Shown: positions 1 to 8,530 of the stretch, one piece after another
Position numbering within the stretch: the first letter of the stretch is position 1
Layout of the letters: every line of letters starts with the position of its first letter
Origin: Candidatus Thorarchaeota archaeon
Lineage (GTDB): Archaea > Asgardarchaeota > Thorarchaeia > Thorarchaeales > Thorarchaeaceae
Assembly (NCBI GenBank): GCA_046482545.1
Contig: JAWOEX010000032.1
Location: 96,001-160,000, forward strand
DNA: 64,000 nt
Direction of reading: 5' to 3'
Program-made: the position numbers and the translations under genes
The notes under the pieces: generated by a model
The model's database searches: none
Told to the model about the DNA's origin: nothing
The model's input: only the letters and a program-made list of their open reading frames with translations

Positions 1-307
1 AGCCATTCATCACTGATTTGGCATCTGCTAGGTAAGTTTTCCTATGCGCACGTTTTCCAAAAACTGTTACAAGACCATCATCAACAAGTGACTTCAGCAC
101 CTTGTGAATCCACGCTTTTGAAGGTCGTGCGCCCGGTTCTTCCTTGAGGAGGGCCTCGTATGCCTCCGTGAAAGATATTGGCTTACGTTTTTCATCACAT
201 TTCTTTAGCATTGTTTGCAGAAGACTCAAGGAGCGTGAATCATAGTCAATTCCAGTACTGAACCCCAGCAAATCTAGCACTTCTGCAGCTTCTTCACTAA
301 TCGGCAT
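1..307 (-). CDS. winged-helix (wHTH) domain protein, 3'-partial (runs off window)
   Basis: Not in the ORF track. Manual translation from ATG at 307 is open to the window edge: MPISEEAAEVLDLLG...ISFTEAYEALLKEEPGARPSKAWIHKVLKSLVDDGLVTV. Pattern fits a wHTH; AT-rich promoter-like tract at ~325-350. Confidence 0.7.
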   Translation of the reverse strand, partial: MPISEEAAEVLDLLGFSTGIDYDSRSLSLLQTMLKKCDEKRKPISFTEAYEALLKEEPGARPSKAWIHKVLKSLVDDGLVTVFGKRAHRKTYLADAKSVMNG

Positions 308-560
308 ATTTACCCCAACTTTTCTATTAATATTTGATTAAATAAAGTATCATAAGGTTTTCAAGAGATACTTACTCAATTAATGTTGAATAGAACAATA
401 TTAAATATATGCCGTTTGTTGTTTCGCTTGGATTCGTGAGTTACGAATTCTAGGGCTAAGATAGGCGTTCTTCGCCAGACGAGGCAGGAGTAGGAGGGGA
501 GACCTTCTACTTTCTGAGGTGATTCCTCTTCTCCTCTTGTCTCTATTTCTCTGGCAGCCA

Positions 561-1790
561 CTATGGCCCAACAAGAGCCACACTCTTCAGGTAACCCTTG
601 CCAATTCTCATGATCATGGGCAGGAATTCGGTAAGCAGCGTCATGATTTCCCCGACCGAAACATGACCTTGGATTATAGAATTGAGCGTTCTCGCATCGA
701 GGGAATTAAGCACTATTTCTGCTGCTTCAAGAGGATCATTGAGCATTGCATATCGTGATACCGCCCACATACCATCGCCTGTATTTTGTATATTCCAGGC
801 TATCTTCGAGTTCCGATACTCCTTTTCGTACTGCCGGATGCTGCTTTTAGAGAAATCATTTTCAGAGACAGCCCGTGAAGCATGCTTTGCCAATAGAGTT
901 CCGGCGTGGAAACATGTCGTAACTCCTCCGCCTACGATTGATGATACTTGGCCAGCGGCATTTCCACAAAGAGCTACTCCTGCATCGGTGAATCTTGGGA
1001 TTATCCCGGCACATGGCACCACACCACCATTTACGGACGCAATAGTAGCATTCTTCGTTTCAGGGAACTTGTTCTTGTATTTCCTCAAAACATCAGTCAT
1101 CGGGGGCAGTCGTTCCCATTGTTCTTTGGAAGAGGGAACACGGCCAATCCCAAGATTTACTTCTGTTTCGCTTCTAGGATAGAACCAGAGATAACCCAGA
1201 CCCACATCACGACCGACATAGAAGTATGCGGTGGTAGGATCAATATCCTTACAGTTTTCGAGTTTCCACCGATAGCCATAACTCAGCAACCATTTTGGTC
1301 TCTTGAAGCCGGCAGTATCCGAGACTTTGCTGAATGATCCGTCTGCCCCTACAACTAGGTTTGCTTGTTCTTTCTCATTCTCGTTATATCTGACTCCATT
1401 CACCTTTCCATTTTTCTTGATGACGGAATTCACTCTGCTGGAGAATCTGAATTCAACACCGTTTGACTCAGCACGCTCTTTCATCAGTTGCTGGCATTTG
1501 TCCTCATCGAGCAGGTATGAGTTGCCCAGTAAACCTTCTCCCACCACTATATTTGAGCCAGTATCCAAGCTCTCTCCGATGATTTTCTCGTACTTGTTTC
1601 CAATATATTCAGAATCTGGGCTTACCTTGAGTAGCCTCAATGCCTTGTCCGTAACGAGTTCGCCCATAAGGGAGTCAGTGACACGCTCTCTCTTTTCCAG
1701 TACAAGTGTGTCAAATCCTTTCTCAGAAATCCTATCAGCTGTCATCAATCCTGCGGGGCCAGTTCCTGCTATTATCACGTCGAATGTCAT
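561..1790 (-). CDS. geranylgeranyl reductase family FAD-dependent oxidoreductase
   Basis: GTGPAG dinucleotide-binding start, VVGADG, GLGYLWFYP (GGR YxWxFP motif), GNAAG..GGG. Confidence 0.85.
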   Translation of the reverse strand: MTFDVIIAGTGPAGLMTADRISEKGFDTLVLEKRERVTDSLMGELVTDKALRLLKVSPDSEYIGNKYEKIIGESLDTGSNIVVGEGLLGNSYLLDEDKCQQLMKERAESNGVEFRFSSRVNSVIKKNGKVNGVRYNENEKEQANLVVGADGSFSKVSDTAGFKRPKWLLSYGYRWKLENCKDIDPTTAYFYVGRDVGLGYLWFYPRSETEVNLGIGRVPSSKEQWERLPPMTDVLRKYKNKFPETKNATIASVNGGVVPCAGIIPRFTDAGVALCGNAAGQVSSIVGGGVTTCFHAGTLLAKHASRAVSENDFSKSSIRQYEKEYRNSKIAWNIQNTGDGMWAVSRYAMLNDPLEAAEIVLNSLDARTLNSIIQGHVSVGEIMTLLTEFLPMIMRIGKGYLKSVALVGP

Positions 1791-1913
1791 TTATCAAATG
1801 TCTCCGCATGTTGCCTGTCTGATTTGGGCGACACGATGATGAAGCCTCTATATCTGTTTCCCTCATAGGAATATCTTCAAATTCAAGTACTTCTTCCCTA
1901 ATGGTAGCCCTAA

Positions 1914-2771
1914 ATGCGGAGAGCCCAGAGAGTGAAAATAAGGACCATACTTTACGGTACCTATCTTGTGTTATCCATTCTGATTAGCCTCACATTGGCC
2001 TCAGTTCCGGCAATTATGGTATTCGCTTGGGCGTATCATAATATAGATGCCTTCATGAACAACCTATTCTGGCCGATTTCAAGCATCCATCCATGGTTTA
2101 CGCAGACTTTTGCTGGTATGTTCCCTTCACTAATCTATGAGCGGTTTTGGTTCATCGTTCTTCTCGTTCCAATAGGACTAACATCATATTGCATATTCCT
2201 TGGCATTCTGCTGGCCCTCTTCCTGCTCTTTCGGAAAGGGATACCATATCTAGAAGATGGCTATTACAATTCAGAAAGTGAAAAGTGGTTGCTCTACGAA
2301 TTCTACGAGGTATACTATATCTTGCTACCATATTTCGCTGGTTTCTTCACGATATTCACGGATACTAGATTCCGTCATGTGTGGTTTGGTGCTGAAATCG
2401 GAAAGGGAACAGTAGTCGGAAATGGCAGACTATTCAATCCTGAAAGGACTGTTATTGGAGAGAATTGCTTCTTCGGATATGATGCCATACTTAGTGGCCA
2501 TGTCTACGAAGGAGACTCTCTTTATTTGAAAACAGTAAAGCTGGGTGACAATGTTACCGTAGGTGCAAATGCTGTTGTCTTGGCTGGAGCGGAGATTGGT
2601 GACAATGTCACTGTAGGTGCCGCCTCAGTGGTTCCTAAAGATACAGTAGTTCCGGATGATACGATTTGGGTGCGAGGTAAGGCTATCCCAAAGGATGAAT
2701 CCCTCCGAAAATCGAACATGGAATCAAAAAACGATGAGGAAGAATCACCTAGACCTGGAGAACATCTATAG
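1914..2771 (+). CDS. membrane-anchored left-handed beta-helix (hexapeptide repeat) acyltransferase-like protein
   Basis: N-terminal hydrophobic helices; hexapeptide repeats GAEIGKGTVVG, VKLGDNVTVGANAVV, IGDNVTVGAASVV. Confidence 0.75.
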   Translation: MRRAQRVKIRTILYGTYLVLSILISLTLASVPAIMVFAWAYHNIDAFMNNLFWPISSIHPWFTQTFAGMFPSLIYERFWFIVLLVPIGLTSYCIFLGILLALFLLFRKGIPYLEDGYYNSESEKWLLYEFYEVYYILLPYFAGFFTIFTDTRFRHVWFGAEIGKGTVVGNGRLFNPERTVIGENCFFGYDAILSGHVYEGDSLYLKTVKLGDNVTVGANAVVLAGAEIGDNVTVGAASVVPKDTVVPDDTIWVRGKAIPKDESLRKSNMESKNDEEESPRPGEHL

Positions 2772-2816
2772 ACCGGATTCTACTTCACGAAGATGTAGGT
2801 CCATTCAAAAGAGATA

Positions 2817-3836
2817 TCAGGAGGATGGCTTCTCATCCATTGAAGGATCCCATATTTCTGATTCACTAGGCTTTGGCAGCAGGAACACAGCAGCGGCTCC
2901 GATAATAAAGACAATTGGCAGGGGGCTCGATCTGAGAGTGAAAGGTGAACTCCAAAAAAGCGCCTGATAGAGTATATCAACCACGTAGTGCGACACCGGT
3001 CTCAGAATACCGATTAACAATACTTCCTCCCTAGTCCGTTTGCCTTTATAGTAGCCACATATCGTGTAGGCGAACAGAAGCCCAAGAAGGGTCACAATTT
3101 GTCCCATTACATCTCCGAAAAAGCCAAACATAACGGGTGGTATCGTATTCGGTTGATAAAGCCAGATTGGAGCGAGAATGTAAAACTGATTGGGTTCGAA
3201 TAAGTCTGGAAGGATCCAGAATTCATGGGGGCTTATGAACACAAAGAGGGTTATGGCACATGCAAGAATTCTTGGATCGGGCCATAGTTTCTGTCCTTGT
3301 TCGCGCTCTTGCGAATCTGCAAGAAGTATGCTTCTGTAGAATAGAATCCCCGAAAGGCCTGCTACCATTGGGATTAGAGTAGCAAGAACGAGGGGAGGAA
3401 CGATGTTATGTTCAATATCAATAGTTGTCGGCGGTACAGGTTCACCGGTTTGATTAATTGTGAGATTGAGAATCGTATCAACGTATCCTCTATTACTAAT
3501 CTGCAATTGATAGTTTGATGTGCGAGGTGTGTATGATGAGTTCCTCTGCAGCGAATCATGGAAAACCCTCATCGTCGTAGAACCTTTATCTGAGTTCAGC
3601 TCAATTACCAGTAGTGGTTCCTCCACTGTAGTATTGACTTCTCTCACATGATATTCTATTCTATGAGGGGCATAAGGTTCAAGGCTAACCGAATCAGTAT
3701 AGGTTTCATTCTTTGAAAGATGTAGGTCATTGACTTCCCAAACTACATCATTCATTTCTTGTGCCTGAGCAATTGGGGCATTCAGAAACGACACTGAGAA
3801 TAGCAGTAACAATGCGAGGGCATCTTTTATCTCCAT
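2817..3836 (-). CDS. hypothetical membrane protein (signal peptide, extracellular beta domain, multi-TM C-terminus)
   Basis: 339 aa ORF with signal peptide (ALALLLLFSVSFLNAPIAQA) and several hydrophobic segments. Confidence 0.65.
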   Translation of the reverse strand: MEIKDALALLLLFSVSFLNAPIAQAQEMNDVVWEVNDLHLSKNETYTDSVSLEPYAPHRIEYHVREVNTTVEEPLLVIELNSDKGSTTMRVFHDSLQRNSSYTPRTSNYQLQISNRGYVDTILNLTINQTGEPVPPTTIDIEHNIVPPLVLATLIPMVAGLSGILFYRSILLADSQEREQGQKLWPDPRILACAITLFVFISPHEFWILPDLFEPNQFYILAPIWLYQPNTIPPVMFGFFGDVMGQIVTLLGLLFAYTICGYYKGKRTREEVLLIGILRPVSHYVVDILYQALFWSSPFTLRSSPLPIVFIIGAAAVFLLPKPSESEIWDPSMDEKPSS

Positions 3837-3963
3837 TTTTCCATCTTAACTCCTAATCAACTTGAGATAGCCTTATCGCGAATTTCTTTGATTGAAACCT
3901 TTTGAGAATATGGGGAAACCCAATCTAAATCGGCATGGGTCATCTCTTAGAGTGCTTTCAATT

Positions 3964-4134
3964 TCAACCTTCATAGCCACTACTGTCTTTGAATTCCATA
4001 GCTTCATAATCAACTGGATTCCAGTCGCCCAAGTTTTCATCTGTATTATCATATGTATCGGTTGTACGTGTTGTAGCCCTAACCGGTATCAGCGCTGATG
4101 ACGATATGAGGGTCACAACTAATAGAACAAGCAT
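3964..4134 (-). CDS. small secreted peptide or truncated secreted-protein remnant (56 aa)
   Basis: MLVLLVVTLISSSALIPVRATTRTTDTYDNTDENLGDW...; GAGGGGTG directly upstream; below ORF-track cutoff. Confidence 0.35.
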   Translation of the reverse strand: MLVLLVVTLISSSALIPVRATTRTTDTYDNTDENLGDWNPVDYEAMEFKDSSGYEG

Positions 4135-4473
4135 CACCCCTCTTTCTAGTATTAATTTTAATCACCTTTTCTTTAAAGGGTTATTATATTTAAATTTTTC
4201 GGGCTGGTGACTTCTTCGAAAAGAGACTAAGAACATCTTCTAGAAGACAGTTTTCGCATAGCAAAGCCTTCAATATGGCTTTCTCATAACACTGCAATGA
4301 TCGGCTAAGTAGAAACCTCCTTAGATTGTCTAATTAACTAGTCAATGAAGAGAAGTTTGCAGATTTTTTGGGACTGAACACTTCGAGAGTGCATTTTGGT
4401 CAATTTATCATATCGACACCTTGCCTCAAGGGAGCTTTTATACCCACAACCGAGGTAGGTACTTGACGTAAAG

Positions 4474-5892
4474 ATGTCAACAACAAAGGCCAAGTACACT
4501 CCACGGGGCTATCAAGAGTACATCTTAGACCGAATTGAAGAGCTTGGGAATGAGAATGTACTCGTGGAGCTGGACTGCGGCTTGGGGAAACGGTTCTTGA
4601 CGCATCAACTCGTTGTAGAGACATTTCCCGAGAAACGCTTCATCATTGTGGTACATTCCACATCCTCTTTGGCTGAGACAGTAGACTACATGGAATCCGA
4701 ATATGGTGGGCTTTCAGAGAATCTTGGAGAGCTATCTTCTCGTGTCCGATCTGGAATGCGGGAATACATTCTACGGGAGAAACGCGTAATTGTTTCCACA
4801 CCGCAAGTCCTTGCCAATGTTTCCAAAAAACATCCCACCCTTTTGGATGACATCGATGTTGCAATTATCAACGAAGTTGATACATTGGTCAGAAGGACTC
4901 GTGGAAGGACTGCTTTGGTCTTTCCTTGGCCAACGCTTCTTACCTTCTTGAGAGAAAAGCGGATAATCGGCATGAGCGGGACATTGAGGGATGAACATGC
5001 TGTTTTTACAGAAGAGCAACTGGAAATTCGAAAGGAACTCAAGACCCTGTTGAAGCATATACCTGACGCAAACCTACTGACAATGGAAGACTTGTATGGT
5101 ACCGATATGGATGACTATATTGAGGAAACCGTAATTTCAGTTGTGCCGGTCTATAACAAGAGAATTCAGTCAATCTCTATCGTCATCGATGAGCTCATAA
5201 GAAATACCCGGATCGAGATTATCAACCAGCTCCAAGAGAGTGATAATCTTCACCTTGTGCAAGGAGATTCGCGCAGAATTCATCTCATGCTGGAGCGACT
5301 ACCGATTTCAGACGATCTGAAAGGGAGGTATTCAGGCCTGTTACTTCTTCGGAAGTACGTATATGCTATGCCACCAAAACAGTTCATCAGGATGTTTCAC
5401 AATGAGTATCTCAAACATTACTTCAACGTGAGTGAAATCCGCAAAGTTCTTCCCCATATTTCTCCAAAAGCAGCAAAGATTGTAGAATTAGCGAAACAGT
5501 ACGACAAAGTTGTAGTGCTATCCTCCTATCTGAGGATGGTTTCTCAGGTTCAGGACCTTCTCTCCAAAGCAGGAATGACCGTTCGCAAAATCACAGGAAA
5601 AACGCGGGACAAGGTTTCGGTTCTTAATTCGTTCAAGAAAGAGGCGGTTGATGCACTTGTCATGTCGCCTGTTGGAGAACGTGATTTGGATTTACCTGAA
5701 GCTGACGCGATGATTGTGGCTGATATCATCAATACCAGCAAAACCATGTATCAGAAATTCAAGCGAACCCGTGGTGGACAGGTGATTATTCTCGTATATG
5801 AAGGAACAAGTGAAGAGCGTAAGGTCGAAGGCTTGGTAAATCGAGTTCTCGACCGATATCCTTGGTCTACACGTACTGATGAATTCAGCTGA
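4474..5892 (+). CDS. SF2 helicase-like protein (Hef/FANCM/ERCC4-like helicase core) with degenerate motifs
   Basis: PRGYQ Q-motif, LDCGLGKR (I), STPQV (Ib), INEVD (II), GMSGT (III), SPVGERDLDLPEAD (V), QKFKRTRGG (VI). Confidence 0.8.
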   Translation: MSTTKAKYTPRGYQEYILDRIEELGNENVLVELDCGLGKRFLTHQLVVETFPEKRFIIVVHSTSSLAETVDYMESEYGGLSENLGELSSRVRSGMREYILREKRVIVSTPQVLANVSKKHPTLLDDIDVAIINEVDTLVRRTRGRTALVFPWPTLLTFLREKRIIGMSGTLRDEHAVFTEEQLEIRKELKTLLKHIPDANLLTMEDLYGTDMDDYIEETVISVVPVYNKRIQSISIVIDELIRNTRIEIINQLQESDNLHLVQGDSRRIHLMLERLPISDDLKGRYSGLLLLRKYVYAMPPKQFIRMFHNEYLKHYFNVSEIRKVLPHISPKAAKIVELAKQYDKVVVLSSYLRMVSQVQDLLSKAGMTVRKITGKTRDKVSVLNSFKKEAVDALVMSPVGERDLDLPEADAMIVADIINTSKTMYQKFKRTRGGQVIILVYEGTSEERKVEGLVNRVLDRYPWSTRTDEFS

Positions 5893-5948
5893 TGAGGGCC
5901 GGAGAGGGGTCCTCCCTATGTGGTATTGCCCCTCCTGGCTGATAACAC

Positions 5949-6857
5949 CTACTTGATGACCGGCAAGAAAGTGGAGGCGAGCACACCGAAAAGGGGTTCG
6001 AAATACTGAGGATCAATCTCACGATAGATATAGTTCGCAACTTCTATGAAATGATCGGTACGAGATGCTGCATCCTCACCCGCCCCCAGAACCTTTTCGG
6101 CCATTTTTGTAATCCGTTTCCGTGCCTTTTTGCCATGCTCATAGTTTTCAAGTACCGCCTTGGTGTCTTCTTCGATGCGTTGCACTCTGCTTTTCACACG
6201 TATATCTGAAACCTCATCTACTCCCATGGAATTAGCGGTTTTCATGAGTATATTCATGATTGCAGCTTCTAATCCTTCGACGAGCTCCTCTATCTCATAA
6301 GCTGTAAATTTCACAGAATCCTTTGCTAGGAGTTCCCACTTCAGGCTGCTAGTTCGTTTCAGTGTGATTTTCTGATTTCCAATGTTGATTACCTCGGTGT
6401 AATAATCGCCGTCCATGCTGCTTAGCAACGAAGTTCTTAACACAGCGGCTTTAGGCAGTGTGAGTCTCACCGAGTTTCCCTTGTTCTCTACGATAACAGA
6501 TTGTAGAGAATCGGCATTTTTGCTAACGAATCTAGATTCTTTATGGGTCTCAAGTGAAGGTAGGTTTCTGAGTGATTTAACAAGCTGAAGAATTTCGTCT
6601 TCAGAACAGCTGTATCTGTATCCATCACCAGAAATCAATATAGCGCCGTTCTCTTCACGATCAAACTCGATTACATTACCTCCCCCGACATTGGTGGTTT
6701 TCTTGTAGGTCTGATGAAACTCCTTTGGAGTTTGGGCCACCTTTTCGAGAGCTGCTGCAACCATGTGGGCTTCCCCGTAACCAATCGTTATCTCGGCTTC
6801 ACCCTTTGTTGCTCTGCCGAGTCCTACTGCACCATCGTTCCTTAGCTTGATATACAT
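5949..6857 (-). CDS. hypothetical protein with internal beta-strand/alpha-helix repeats
   Basis: 302 aa intact ORF convergent with the helicase-like gene; GAAGGT upstream of ATG. Confidence 0.75.
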   Translation of the reverse strand: MYIKLRNDGAVGLGRATKGEAEITIGYGEAHMVAAALEKVAQTPKEFHQTYKKTTNVGGGNVIEFDREENGAILISGDGYRYSCSEDEILQLVKSLRNLPSLETHKESRFVSKNADSLQSVIVENKGNSVRLTLPKAAVLRTSLLSSMDGDYYTEVINIGNQKITLKRTSSLKWELLAKDSVKFTAYEIEELVEGLEAAIMNILMKTANSMGVDEVSDIRVKSRVQRIEEDTKAVLENYEHGKKARKRITKMAEKVLGAGEDAASRTDHFIEVANYIYREIDPQYFEPLFGVLASTFLPVIK

Positions 6858-6970
6858 GTAAATACCTTCAACTCTTGGCTATCATGAAGGCACAAAACTG
6901 TTCTGCCGCCGGATTTCCATCAAGTTAGCCTTTAAGTAGTATGCTGCCATTATCTGTTCTTGTGGATGAA

Positions 6971-8530
6971 ATGTCCCGAAAGCTTTCATTCGTAGCCATT
7001 TTCTCATTACTTGTGATCTCAGCTGTAGCAATACCTCTTACAGGATGGAATACTGCCACAGTTGATAATCAACTTGAACCTAAGGCCATCGAGGCAGATG
7101 CAGTTTTTCCGCGGGGCCCCACTGTTCACATGGTGAATAAAACTGCAGCTATGATTTATTGGAAAACGAACACGAAGACAAATGCTACTGTGCGATTTGG
7201 AAATGCTTCGGACAACCTGGATTCAAGCGTAGAAAATTCGACTCTTGCCAAAGAGCATAGAGTTTGGATTGACAGCCTAAATGCTGGCACGACTGTATAT
7301 TATCAGGCAATTTCTGATGGCATAGATAGCCAGGTGTATCACTTTAAAACTGAACCGGAAGATGGTGAACCATTCAAGCTTATAGCGCTGGGAGACGCTC
7401 AGCCCACATCAGAAACTGCTCCAGGCCAATCCCAAATATTCAAGGATATCATACCGATGGTGCGCGATGAAGAGCCCCATCTTATCATAATCTTGGGTGA
7501 CTACGTGGATCAATTGTCAGATACCGACGAGAGCTATAATGAACTTTGCTGGAATAAGTATCTGAATGTCAGCGATAAAGCGGGTCACTACGCTCCAATC
7601 TACGGGGTAATCGGAAATCATGATACCATTTCAGGGGAACACTACGCAGATGGGTTCCTCGACACCTTGCAGCAATACGGTGGCGATTCCACCTATTTCT
7701 CATTCGACTATGCGGGTGTTCATTTCACGTTTCTCGATAGTGAAATGCCTGCTTTCCAAGGTAGAATAAGTGGAGACCAGTACGATTGGTTGGTAAATGA
7801 TTTGGAAAGCACGGATAAGGAAATCAAATATGTCATGGCTCATCAACCGATGTATCCGGTCAGCGCTAGGGGGAGCTCCTTGGACAGAAATCGGACAGAG
7901 CGCGACCGCCTGCAGAATCTGTTTGAAGAAGAGAATGTTACCGCGTTTCTCGCTGGACATGATCATGTTTTCCAGAGGTTGACTGTAAACGGAGTTCTGC
8001 ATGTCACTTCGGCAGGTGCTGGTCCAAAACTCTATAGTACTCCCTGGGGCGGTGATTTCAATCATTATACGCGATGGAACGTCTCGTCCCAGCGGATTGA
8101 GATGGAGACCATCAACATGGATGGAGAAATCGCCGAGAACTATACGCTCCCATACGAAGGTCATATTGAGATTGCTTTACGAAGAATCGCTAACATATCA
8201 GCCGGCCGGCCAGATCAGGCACCGTTGATTCTTTTCAGTGAAGTTCCGGATGAGAAGTATTTCTCTTGGGATGGTGGTGACAACAGTACAGAGCTAGGGA
8301 CTTTTCCTGACACCAACGGACTTCATAGCCTTGATGTCTATGCCAAAGGCTCAGATGGAGTATGGAATCACAAATACTATGAGTTCACTACAGTAGGCGG
8401 CGAAGAGACGGAAACGACCACAACCCCGCCACCCTCAGGTATCAACCCTCTCCTCATTGCAGGTGTGATTGGGGTTGCAGCTGTAATTGTGGTTATCGTA
8501 GTATATAGATTGAAAATGAGTACCACATGA
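6971..8530 (+). CDS. secreted, C-terminally anchored metallophosphoesterase (purple-acid-phosphatase-like, FN3-like N-domain), copy 1
   Basis: Signal peptide; GD, GDYVD, GNHD, AHQP, GHDH motifs; Thr/Pro linker and C-terminal TM. Start set at 6971 by alignment with the paralog. Confidence 0.88.
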   Translation: MSRKLSFVAIFSLLVISAVAIPLTGWNTATVDNQLEPKAIEADAVFPRGPTVHMVNKTAAMIYWKTNTKTNATVRFGNASDNLDSSVENSTLAKEHRVWIDSLNAGTTVYYQAISDGIDSQVYHFKTEPEDGEPFKLIALGDAQPTSETAPGQSQIFKDIIPMVRDEEPHLIIILGDYVDQLSDTDESYNELCWNKYLNVSDKAGHYAPIYGVIGNHDTISGEHYADGFLDTLQQYGGDSTYFSFDYAGVHFTFLDSEMPAFQGRISGDQYDWLVNDLESTDKEIKYVMAHQPMYPVSARGSSLDRNRTERDRLQNLFEEENVTAFLAGHDHVFQRLTVNGVLHVTSAGAGPKLYSTPWGGDFNHYTRWNVSSQRIEMETINMDGEIAENYTLPYEGHIEIALRRIANISAGRPDQAPLILFSEVPDEKYFSWDGGDNSTELGTFPDTNGLHSLDVYAKGSDGVWNHKYYEFTTVGGEETETTTTPPPSGINPLLIAGVIGVAAVIVVIVVYRLKMSTT

